Of a stretch of 32,000 bases of DNA, positions 8,141 to 16,708 are shown piece after piece; position 1 is the first letter of the stretch, and the number at the start of each line of letters is the position of its first letter. The translations under genes and the position numbers were made by a program. Source of the stretch: Candidatus Saccharimonadota bacterium (GTDB lineage: Bacteria; Bacteroidota; Bacteroidia; Cytophagales; Amoebophilaceae); contig NZ_OZ239769.1 of NCBI RefSeq assembly GCF_965196625.1, positions 960,001 to 992,000 of the forward strand. Direction: 5' to 3'. Below the pieces are notes generated by a model. The model saw only the letters and a list, made by a program, of their open reading frames with translations, was not told the DNA's origin and did not search any database.

Positions 8141-10216
8141 CTAACAAGTTCCTTCACAAACCTGGAGCGCCTGGTTGGCTGCTTGTACCAATTCTTCTAC
8201 GATTTTAGCATTCAAATATTTCTTTCCAAGTTCAATATCTATTGTAAGGGTTTCTTGCGCCATATATTTTACCTCCTCTAAGTGTATATAATCCTTGGCA
8301 TGGCGCAAATCATAAAGTCGTTCAGCAAATTTAATGCAGAGCACAAAAAGTTGTTCTCGGTTAATGATGCGTTTGAGTCGATTCGCCACATAGAGTCCAC
8401 ATGGCTCCATCTCCTCACGTTTATTGAGGGTTACAATGCTTTCTACAAAATGGTAGACATCCATGCTATAATTGGCTTTAACATAAGCAAGCGGTAAACC
8501 TGCATAACGTACCAATCCATATAGCACACTGAAATAAACTGGTCTTGGTTGATAAGGCACCCATTCTGCTACCAACTGGGCAACATCTAACGCACGCACA
8601 TAAAATAATTGTCCTGACGCATGCCGTCTAAAACCATAACAACGCCTTACCAGTAGGAAAAGCTCATCTAATACAATTGTACGCATATCAGCCACCGTAC
8701 AAAGATTGTTATAGGCCTTCGTTAAGGTTACCATAGACTGCTTAAATTCCCTACAACTAATAGAGGGATCTGAAGGCTCTATTTTGGTAATCATTTCATC
8801 ACGGACCGCCGCTACATTACAAGGCACCACTATAAGCATAGGCCTTTTATGAGAAACCGGAAATTGCAAGTAACCATAGTGGATACGAACGATCCGTTCT
8901 ATATTCCGCTTTTCTATACTGGTCCACTCTGATTCTTTCTGCACCGCACTATTCCAACTACATGCACTACCTACCGTAACATCTTGATAGTGATTTCTAA
9001 TTTTAGGTAGAGCCTCTTGAGCAATAGCCGCATTGCTAATGACCAAAGCTATAGCAGGAAAACGCACCTCTTCAGCAGACTTATCTTTAGAAGTCTCCCT
9101 TGGCGCATATTTTAAATGGGTGGTATATAACTGCATCACTACAGAGGCATCTTTTGAAGCATCTAAGCTGGCAATATTTAAAATAACAGGCATCAATAAA
9201 GCAACCATTTGGTTGACATCGCATATAATTTTTTCAGGAAGTTTATCATCTCTGGGCTCTATTAACAGCTTGGGAATAGAACGCTCCTTGCTTTCCAATT
9301 CTAATGCAACCTCTAACTTCCGGATCAATTCATCAAGGCTAACCTCAATGGGTATCAAAATGATATGATTTCTAGATCTGGCCCGTTGCTTTAAAAAAAT
9401 GTCCCAAACCACAAAATTCTTGGTAATAAGATCTAAATCTTCCTTATAAAGCGGCCTATTATCTAAATAGGAAATAAATTGTGTAGCCTCTTTCATTACT
9501 TGGTCTATAAAAATAGGCGCTTCCTTTGGATGGTTACGAACCGTCTCTAGATCCGAATATAAATCAAAACCTGCTTGCCTTTCTTCTTCTTTCGTTTGTT
9601 TTTCTTTTATTTTGCTTTTTAAATAGCAGCCATGATATTTATAGCCAGCCAGCTTGCGCTTATTGTAAACAATAATAAAAAAAATCATTACACTCAACGC
9701 CAGCAAAGATGTTAAAAATCCAGCTGATTCCGATAACAATAGATCTATACCGCTACAGTATATGGAATAAATAATTACCAATAACATAACGGATACGAGC
9801 CTTACGCTTATACGCAATGGCAATACAAGTAAGGTTACGGTCAAATGGGCTACAGATAAAGCCAACGTAAAAACAGATGGAAGCTGAACCAGTCCTGACC
9901 AGCTCCAAAGCACATTAATAGGAAGACAAAAAACTACACTGATCAACCAACGTCGACCAATTTTCCAAGATGGAACCTCTTTTTTAGAATCGATTGCATA
10001 ACCTATAAGCGAAATAGCCGTAATAAATTGAAGCAGGTACCAGTAAATAAAACCCTCGCTTACATAATCTAATATAGTAGTGCATATAACGTAACAGCCT
10101 ATCATCCCCATCATAGCATCACTTGGCTTCAGCTTAGACAACCTTTCTTTTGTAAAAGAAGATTTCAGCAAGAAAAAGATTAATATTACAACAAAAGGTA
10201 GAATATTAAACGACAT
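8141..10216 (-). CDS. polytopic membrane protein with degenerate histidine-kinase-like and degenerate RelA/SpoT-HD-like cytoplasmic domains (paralogue A)
   Basis: The 691-aa ORF has about 5-6 hydrophobic helices in its first 190 aa. A DHp-like box FISYLDNRPL has Tyr at the phospho-His position. An N-box-like segment is ICDVNQMVALLMPVILNIASL, and IERIVRIHYGYLQF resembles a G2/lid region. The C-terminal RRHASGQLFYVRALDVAQLVAEW...VLYGLVRY...FVLCIKFAERLYDLRHA...AQETLTIDIE is collinear by eye with the SpoT HD domain, but the H, HD and ED residues are replaced. It is about 60% identical to 12239-14431 (estimated by eye). Confidence 0.7.
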   Translation of the reverse strand: MSFNILPFVVILIFFLLKSSFTKERLSKLKPSDAMMGMIGCYVICTTILDYVSEGFIYWYLLQFITAISLIGYAIDSKKEVPSWKIGRRWLISVVFCLPINVLWSWSGLVQLPSVFTLALSVAHLTVTLLVLPLRISVRLVSVMLLVIIYSIYCSGIDLLLSESAGFLTSLLALSVMIFFIIVYNKRKLAGYKYHGCYLKSKIKEKQTKEEERQAGFDLYSDLETVRNHPKEAPIFIDQVMKEATQFISYLDNRPLYKEDLDLITKNFVVWDIFLKQRARSRNHIILIPIEVSLDELIRKLEVALELESKERSIPKLLIEPRDDKLPEKIICDVNQMVALLMPVILNIASLDASKDASVVMQLYTTHLKYAPRETSKDKSAEEVRFPAIALVISNAAIAQEALPKIRNHYQDVTVGSACSWNSAVQKESEWTSIEKRNIERIVRIHYGYLQFPVSHKRPMLIVVPCNVAAVRDEMITKIEPSDPSISCREFKQSMVTLTKAYNNLCTVADMRTIVLDELFLLVRRCYGFRRHASGQLFYVRALDVAQLVAEWVPYQPRPVYFSVLYGLVRYAGLPLAYVKANYSMDVYHFVESIVTLNKREEMEPCGLYVANRLKRIINREQLFVLCIKFAERLYDLRHAKDYIHLEEVKYMAQETLTIDIELGKKYLNAKIVEELVQAANQALQVCEGTC

Positions 10217-10490
10217 TACAACTTGTTAATAAAAAAGAAAAAAACTAAAAATTATACTAAATTGCCCCAAAGAGCAGACAGAAAATCAACATAAACTGTC
10301 CTTAAAATTATAAAACTAAACCTAATAATTATACAACTTTGGATGGTCCTATCCAACTTACTTTGAATAAAAAAGCTATATTTGCCAAATAGGCAAAATA
10401 ACAATCGGACAATAAAAAGCAGGCAATGCTTTACTTTTTTCAATTATATTTACTACATTTGTAGTGGCATGTAATGAATTAGTTAATTTC

Positions 10491-10562
10491 TGTCCGGTAG
10501 TGTAATGGCAACACGTCTGGTTTTGGTCCAGAAGACTCTAGGTTCGACCCCTAGCCGGACAA
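10491..10562 (+). tRNA. tRNA-Gln (anticodon UUG)
   Basis: Manual cloverleaf: acceptor TGTCCGG/CCGGACA with U1:A72, D arm GTGT-AATGGCA-ACAC, and anticodon arm TCTGG-TTTTGGT-CCAGA giving anticodon TTG. The T arm is CTAGG-TTCGACC-CCTAG and the discriminator is A. No CCA is encoded. Confidence 0.9.
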
Positions 10563-10603
10563 CTTTGAATCCAAGTAGCATACTGCATAAACAAAAATTT
10601 AAG

Positions 10604-11956
10604 ATGGTAGGTTTCAAGCATAGTCGTGGCTTAATAACATTAGGGCTTTCTTTTTGCACATTACTCATCACACATGATATGGTGTTGGCAACAGGGGCAA
10701 AAGGGAAAAAGGATAAAAAGGTGGCAGTTGTATCTCCTACTATAAAAGAAAAATCGCCTGAGTTGGGTAATGCCAATAGCGCTGCGAACAAGCAGCTGCA
10801 AAGTGAGCTAGAATCAGAAAATGCATTGAATCGCGCACGCTTAGAAAAACAGCTTTCAGCTATTATTGCTCAAATTGAACGGCTACGTGTTGAGAAAGAG
10901 CTCCAGCGCTTGGGCAAAGAGGTAGCAGATGAAAATGCGCGGCGATCGCATGAAAAAGCCATGCTTTTACTCAATATGGAAAAAGAAAAACTTACCATGG
11001 AGTTAGAGCTAGCAAAGGCTAGGTTTATGCAACAAATGGAGTCGTATGATAGCGAACTAATTAAACTAAGTAAAAAAATAGAATTAGAAAAAGGACAAAC
11101 GCAGCTGCTCCAAGAGACTACCCACCGGGTACAAGCAGAAATAGAAGCCTTAAAAGCCAAAGCAGTACGAAATAACCATATTGCCAAAAGGCCTATTTAC
11201 CTGAAAGACCCATTGGTCAAACGAACGAATACCTTAGTGCTTTCTGATCGATGTATTGAATTAAACGGCTATATTATTCCCTGGAAAGCAAATTATATCG
11301 TAGACCAAATTAATTATTTTAACAATAAAAATAGTGATCATCCTATATTTATTATTATTGGTAGCTCTCCAGGTGGTTGTATAAGTGCAGGATGGAATAT
11401 TTTACAAGCGATAGAACATAGTAAAGCACCTGTCTATGTAATCGTAAAAGAATGCGCTGCTTCCATGGCAGCGCTGATCACTACATTGGCTACTAAATCT
11501 TATGCTTATCCAAATGCCATGATCTTACATCATCAGCCTTGGTCCTGTGTTTGGGGTAATCTAAGAGAAACAAAAGAGCATTATGAGTCCCTTAAGGAAA
11601 TATGGAAGCGTTTAGGGGGTAGAGTAGCCAAAAAAATGGGCATATCTCTTAAAGAATTTGATAAAAAACTTTATCAAAAATCGATGTGTGGGGACTGGAA
11701 GGAATATGGGGACAGTGCTAAAAAGCTTAAATGGGTTGATTATGTGATCAGTGGTATTCAAAATAGTGCGGTTAGCATGCTACCAGATGCAGCCGACTAT
11801 ACTTTTGAAAAATTTATAAAGCAATATTATGGTTTTGATGCAACAAAAGGAAAAGACCAACTTGCAGAAGAGCAATATTACCAATCTATAGCGCCCCATG
11901 ATTTTGACTATAGCTACAGGCCTGATAGAAAGGCGCAGATGATGCGCAAAAAATAG
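10604..11956 (+). CDS. signal-anchored coiled-coil protein with C-terminal ClpP-fold (S14-like) serine protease domain
   Basis: The track ORF starts at 10505 inside tRNA-Gln, so I moved the start to the ATG at 10604 (MVGFKHSRGLITLGLSFCTLLITHDMVLA, a signal/anchor). A heptad-rich region of about 180 aa follows (ELESENALNRARLEKQLSAIIAQIERLRVEKELQRL...). The ClpP-like core is IIIGSSPGGCISAG...ECAASMAALI...MILHHQPW...GDWKEYGDSAKKLKWVDYVI, with Ser, His and Asp all present. Confidence 0.75.
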   Translation: MVGFKHSRGLITLGLSFCTLLITHDMVLATGAKGKKDKKVAVVSPTIKEKSPELGNANSAANKQLQSELESENALNRARLEKQLSAIIAQIERLRVEKELQRLGKEVADENARRSHEKAMLLLNMEKEKLTMELELAKARFMQQMESYDSELIKLSKKIELEKGQTQLLQETTHRVQAEIEALKAKAVRNNHIAKRPIYLKDPLVKRTNTLVLSDRCIELNGYIIPWKANYIVDQINYFNNKNSDHPIFIIIGSSPGGCISAGWNILQAIEHSKAPVYVIVKECAASMAALITTLATKSYAYPNAMILHHQPWSCVWGNLRETKEHYESLKEIWKRLGGRVAKKMGISLKEFDKKLYQKSMCGDWKEYGDSAKKLKWVDYVISGIQNSAVSMLPDAADYTFEKFIKQYYGFDATKGKDQLAEEQYYQSIAPHDFDYSYRPDRKAQMMRKK

Positions 11957-11982
11957 GCTGCTTTTAGATCAATGCTAGGCTC

Positions 11983-12024
11983 ATGTGGTACTTTTTGATT
12001 TTTACAAAGCAGAAAGTACCACAT
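11983..12024 (+). terminator. 12-bp perfect stem-loop downstream of the ClpP-like gene
   Basis: The arms are atgtggtacttt (11983-11994) and aaagtaccacat (12013-12024). The stem starts 27 nt after the stop codon. Confidence 0.5.
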
Positions 12025-12238
12025 AAAATTCCTCATCCTCCCTCCTGCTGAACTGGAACTAAAAAGTTAGCAATCAAATCATTCCAAAGACTAATGTACT
12101 AATCTTTATTTCATAGATTAGATTTTTTTAAAATTCCAACTAAAATACTTGAATTTATTCTTATTATTGTATGGGACATGTATTTCATTTTATCTAATAT
12201 TTTGGAGTTCTTTTTAGCAACTTATAACCTATTTTACA

Positions 12239-14431
12239 ATGTCATTCCATATACCCTTTCTTATGGCATTACCCTTTTTGCTATTGGTGCTAGCAGCGGC
12301 TTTTTACCTTAGTAGAAGTGCTGCTCCCTCTGGCGAACACCGTTTAAACCACAAACAATTTGCTTATGAAATCAGGGCGATTCAACAAGCCATTACACGA
12401 AAAAAAGCCCGCATAAAAAAAAGATTACAAGCTGCTTATATAAAAGAAAGGTTCGCTAAACTAAGGCCAAGTGATGCTATGATGGGGTTGATAGGCTGTT
12501 ACGTTATATGCACTACTATATTAGATTATGTAAGCAGAGAACTGACTATTTATTGGTATATATTTCAACTTTTTATAGGCATTTGGCTAATAGGCTATGG
12601 CATAGCGCCTAAGAAGCGGGTCCCATCCTGGAAAATTGGTCGATCTTGGTTAATATGTACGGTTTTTTGCCTGCCCATAAATGTATTTTGGCATTGGTGG
12701 CATGTACAAGATGCTCAATTTGCATTAACCTTATCTATAGCCCACCTATCTGCCACTTTATTTGTACTGCCTCTGTATATAAGCATCAAAATAGTAGTCT
12801 CTACATTAGCAGTAATCTTTTACGCAATTTATAACATTGGTATTGACCAACTTTTAATATCAAATGATTCTTTGCTTTTTCTATTAGGGTTTGGCCTAAT
12901 CGTTTTTAGCATTATTATTTATAACAAGCGCAAAATAACTGCTTATACACTTTATAACCGCTACTTAAAAAGCCAAGTAAACCTAGCAGAAAATAAAAAG
13001 CATGAAGCTTCCCAAACTACATTCAATTTAGATGCAGAAGATACGGATAAAAACCCAAAAGAGGTTGGACCTTGTGTAGAAAAAGCCATGCAGGGCGTTA
13101 CTGAATTTATGTCCTATTTAGACCATAAGCCTCTTTATAAAGAAGATATCCAAAGTATTATCAACCATTTTGTCACTTTTACTACTTTTTTAAAGCAACG
13201 GGCCAGATCTATAGACCACATACTCTTAACCCCAAATGAGATTACTATAGATGAATTAATCTCTAAACTAGAAGCTGCTTTACAAGCTAAAACTGCACCC
13301 ACCCCAAAGATCGTAGTAGAGATAAAGGATGATGCCATTCCTAAAAAAATCATATGTGATATCAATCATATGATCCAATCATTGGTCCCCATTGTTTTGC
13401 GTACTGCCAACCTAGATGTTTCAAAAGGTGAATTGGTAAAAATTCAATTACATACTACGCACTTAAAATATGCACCAAAAAAGGGGCAAGAAAGCAACTA
13501 TCATTCGGAAATGAACTTCCCAGCTATAGCGCTGGTGATCAGCAGCGCTACTACGCCCATAGCCATATTACCTAAAATTAAAAGCTGCTATAAAGATATT
13601 ACAGAAGGCAGAGAGCTGAAATGGCACAGCAATCAGACAGATTCAGAACGTATACATATTGAAAAACGGATCATAGAACGAGCCGTTCGTGCCCACTACG
13701 GTTACCTACGCTTTCCCCTTTCCAAAAAAAGGCCTATGCTAATGGTATTGCCTTGTAATGTAGCATCTGTCCGTGATGAAATGATTTCCAGAATACTTCC
13801 TTTGAATGTTCCTATAACCCAAAAAGAAATTGAACAGTCGATGGAAGTTTTTATAAGATCTTATAACCATCTTTTAGAGATATCGGAGGCGCGTAAAGCT
13901 GTAATAGATGAGATACTGCTATTAATGAGGAGGTGTTATGGTTTTAGGCGCCATCTATCCGGACAATTGTTGTATATCCGCGCAATAGGTATTGCACAAT
14001 TGGTGGCAGAATGGATAAGATTCTATCCAGAACCAATTTATGTTGTTTTGCTTTATGATTTAGTGCATTATGCCGATTTGCCACTTTCTTATATTAAGGC
14101 CAATTATGATTTAAATATTTACTCTCTTATAGAGAATGTTTTAGCAGTAAATGACCGACAAGGTATGGAGCCATGTGGGCTTTATATTGGGAATGCCCTT
14201 AAACAAGTCATCAATCGAGAACAGCTTTTTGTGCTTTGCATTAAATTGGCTGAGCGTCTTTATGACCTACAACATGCTAAAAGCTATACCGAGCTAGATG
14301 AACTAAAATACATGGCCCAAGAAACCCTTACAACAGATATTGAGCTAGCAAAGAAATACTTGAATACTAAAATTGTAGAAGCATTAGCAAGCGCAGCAGA
14401 ACAAGCACTACAAGTCTGTGAAAAAAAATAA
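12239..14431 (+). CDS. polytopic membrane protein with degenerate HK-like and degenerate RelA/SpoT-HD-like domains (paralogue B)
   Basis: The 730-aa ORF has the same architecture and motifs as 8141-10216: FMSYLDHKPL, ICDINHMIQSLVPIVLRTANL, IERAVRAHYGYLRF, and RRHLSGQLLYIRAIGIAQLVAEW...CIKLAERLYDLQHA. It has about 39 extra N-terminal residues. Confidence 0.7.
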   Translation: MSFHIPFLMALPFLLLVLAAAFYLSRSAAPSGEHRLNHKQFAYEIRAIQQAITRKKARIKKRLQAAYIKERFAKLRPSDAMMGLIGCYVICTTILDYVSRELTIYWYIFQLFIGIWLIGYGIAPKKRVPSWKIGRSWLICTVFCLPINVFWHWWHVQDAQFALTLSIAHLSATLFVLPLYISIKIVVSTLAVIFYAIYNIGIDQLLISNDSLLFLLGFGLIVFSIIIYNKRKITAYTLYNRYLKSQVNLAENKKHEASQTTFNLDAEDTDKNPKEVGPCVEKAMQGVTEFMSYLDHKPLYKEDIQSIINHFVTFTTFLKQRARSIDHILLTPNEITIDELISKLEAALQAKTAPTPKIVVEIKDDAIPKKIICDINHMIQSLVPIVLRTANLDVSKGELVKIQLHTTHLKYAPKKGQESNYHSEMNFPAIALVISSATTPIAILPKIKSCYKDITEGRELKWHSNQTDSERIHIEKRIIERAVRAHYGYLRFPLSKKRPMLMVLPCNVASVRDEMISRILPLNVPITQKEIEQSMEVFIRSYNHLLEISEARKAVIDEILLLMRRCYGFRRHLSGQLLYIRAIGIAQLVAEWIRFYPEPIYVVLLYDLVHYADLPLSYIKANYDLNIYSLIENVLAVNDRQGMEPCGLYIGNALKQVINREQLFVLCIKLAERLYDLQHAKSYTELDELKYMAQETLTTDIELAKKYLNTKIVEALASAAEQALQVCEKK

Positions 14432-14554
14432 GTGCGCATCCGACTTCGAATCCTTATGCGCATAAATGATGACAAGCAAATTGGTTATTATCATAAATTG
14501 ATTGTTTTGATAATAGTGGGCATAACAGCGTATAATTTAAAAAGGGTGATGTAA

Positions 14555-15715
14555 ATGGATATGCGACAATCTCCTTCCGGTCAAATTATACAATCACTCA
14601 AAGGCTATCATGCTTTCGTACCCTATGCGCTACCACCCAAATTTGAATGGAATACTAGGCTAGTCAACAGTTTGTCTCGTGCTGATTTTTTGCTTGGAAA
14701 ATTAGCACGAGAAGGCAGTAGATTACCGAATCCTCATCTTTTAATACGTCCATTCATCACCCGCGAAGCAGTATTATCTAGCAAAATTGAAGGTACCGAA
14801 GCCACTTTGGGAGAAATCTTAGCTGCTGATGCAGGTGCCCATGTAAACCAAAACGCCGACGCCCTCCAAGAGGTACAGAATTACATTAGGGCACTTGATT
14901 ATGGGCTCAAGCGCTTAGCAGCGCTTCCATTATCGTTACGCCTTATTAAAGAAATACATGCGCACTTAATGGAAGGGGTTAGAGGAACACATGCCACACC
15001 GGGCGCATTTAGGACGAGCGAGAATTGGATTGGCCTACCGGGCTGCACACTGCATACAGCAAAGTTTGTACCTCCACCACCTGAGCATTTAATGGATTCT
15101 CTAGGCAAATTTGAAGATTTTTTACATGACAGATCATTACCCCCATTGATTCATATGGCACTTTGCCATTATCAATTTGAAGCCATTCATCCATTTTTAG
15201 ATGGGAATGGGCGTATCGGAAGACTCTTGATTACACTGCTGTTGATTGAGCAAAATATCCTTCCTTTACCTTTATTATATTTATCTGCATTTTTTGAAGC
15301 AACACGCAATGAATATTATAAACAGCTTTATAATGTTACCTTGAAAGGGAGCTGGCACGAATGGTTCACTTATTTTTTAAATGGCATAGCCGTTCAATCT
15401 GAGGATGTTTTATCGCGTACTGAACGGATAAATGCATTATTAACGCAATGGAAAATGGACCTTGCAAGAGGGAGCTCCCAAGTACTCATAGACATGGTAC
15501 AGCTTTTGGCTGTAAATCCTTATTTTACCATCAACAAAGTGGCTAAAGATCTTAAGATTTCATACAGCACTGCACAAAGAGGGGTGCAAAAACTTGAGGA
15601 TGCCGCCATTATTAAAAAAACGCGTAACAACAAACGGGATAAAGTGTACTGTGCTATTGACCTATTAAATATCCTGGAGGAACCTACAAGAATCAACGCC
15701 GATATTTATGCATGA
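14555..15715 (+). CDS. Fic family protein (AMPylase-type), class II with N-terminal inhibitory motif and C-terminal wHTH-like region
   Basis: The canonical Fic motif HPFLDGNGRIGR is at 15188-15223. The inhibitory (S/T)xxxE(G/N) motif SSKIEG is at 14777-14794. The total length of 386 aa is typical of the Fic_N + Fic + wHTH architecture. Confidence 0.92.
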   Translation: MDMRQSPSGQIIQSLKGYHAFVPYALPPKFEWNTRLVNSLSRADFLLGKLAREGSRLPNPHLLIRPFITREAVLSSKIEGTEATLGEILAADAGAHVNQNADALQEVQNYIRALDYGLKRLAALPLSLRLIKEIHAHLMEGVRGTHATPGAFRTSENWIGLPGCTLHTAKFVPPPPEHLMDSLGKFEDFLHDRSLPPLIHMALCHYQFEAIHPFLDGNGRIGRLLITLLLIEQNILPLPLLYLSAFFEATRNEYYKQLYNVTLKGSWHEWFTYFLNGIAVQSEDVLSRTERINALLTQWKMDLARGSSQVLIDMVQLLAVNPYFTINKVAKDLKISYSTAQRGVQKLEDAAIIKKTRNNKRDKVYCAIDLLNILEEPTRINADIYA

Positions 15716-15848
15716 AAACTGTAAAGTGAAGCCGTTACAATAAACCCTTAAGCTTTCTATTAAAAATATCCTTTCTTTTTTAGAAAAAGTCTACATTCGG
15801 CTTATTTCTTTTGGTTTTTATTTTTATCCCTTTTAGTAGTGTATCCCT

Positions 15849-16235
15849 ATGGCCATCAAATCAATCGGCCAGTTAAGTGCGGCAGATATTGCAGCTATCA
15901 AGCGTAAATGCAAACATACCTTTTTTGATCAAATCAATAAGCTCATTAACTGGTCATCGATAGAAGAGGCTCTTCAATTGTATTATCCTAAAGGCCTACG
16001 TTTATCAGGAAAGCCAGCCTATAGCCCACTCCTTTTATTTAAAATGCTCTTGCTTCAGGCTTGGTATGGAATGCGTGATTACCAAGTAGAAGAGGAAGTC
16101 AATGACCGTATCACTTTTAGCGGATTTTGTGGTATTTCTATGGATAGTTCTGTTCTAGACTAGAGTGTGTTAAGTAGATTCAGAACTGCCCTTACAGAGA
16201 AGAAATCCCTAGAAAAGTTATTGAAAATCATTGAG
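15849..16235 (+). mobile_element. IS5-family transposase N-terminal stub (DUF772-type), inactivated and truncated
   Basis: The sequence PAYSPLLLFKMLLLQAWYGMRDYQVEEEVNDRITFSGFCGI is the InsH/IS5 N-terminal domain. An in-frame TAG at 16161-16163 is followed in the same frame by SVLSRFRTALTEKKSLEKLL. The DDE catalytic domain is absent. Confidence 0.8.
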
Positions 16236-16708
16236 GTATTTAGGGGATGGTATGCCAAAAATGTACTAAAATGATAATGAAAATCAATAAGTAATAAGAA
16301 TTATACCTCAAGAACACTAAAAAGCAAAAAAAATAACCCTAGAGAAATAACTAAAAATTATAAGATCCATCTATGGAAACGGACTCAGTATATTTTACCC
16401 TGCTCATACAATTATAATTTGTAAATATTTCAAAAACCTAAACATTTGATCTGAGTTCAAGTATCAAAGCATAAATTTTTTGAGCCATTCACCAATAGCA
16501 TATTTCTACTAATTTTTTTATATTAAAAAATAAGTTTTTGATTGGTTTGCTTGGAGTTTTAATCTCCAAATTTAACGCACAAAGGAGCTTACGATTTTTT
16601 ACCGGTTAATCCAGTATACAAATTTCTATTTCAAATAGAGTAAGACAAGCAGTATGCAGTATATAGTATCTATCTTTCTTCTTAATTACTTTAATTAAAA
16701 CCATTATT

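Noticed and set aside
10252-10443. A 63-aa ORF lies in the spacer between paralogue A and tRNA-Gln.
   Set aside because: It is a hydrophobic, low-complexity translation of AT-rich promoter DNA and has no support.
10505-10603. The ORF-track start of the 483-aa ORF is at 10505.
   Set aside because: This part of the ORF is read through the tRNA-Gln gene (10491-10562). The first ATG after the tRNA (10604) gives a proper signal/anchor N-terminus.
10483-10791. A 102-aa minus-strand ORF lies across tRNA-Gln.
   Set aside because: It overlaps the tRNA and the start of the ClpP-like gene, so it is a shadow ORF.
8282-14475. Short ORFs lie antisense to or nested within the two large paralogues: 8282-8497, 9033-9368, 12646-12834, 13135-13365 and 14284-14475.
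   Set aside because: All lie inside or against long ORFs that are mutually supported by paralogy, and none has motifs.
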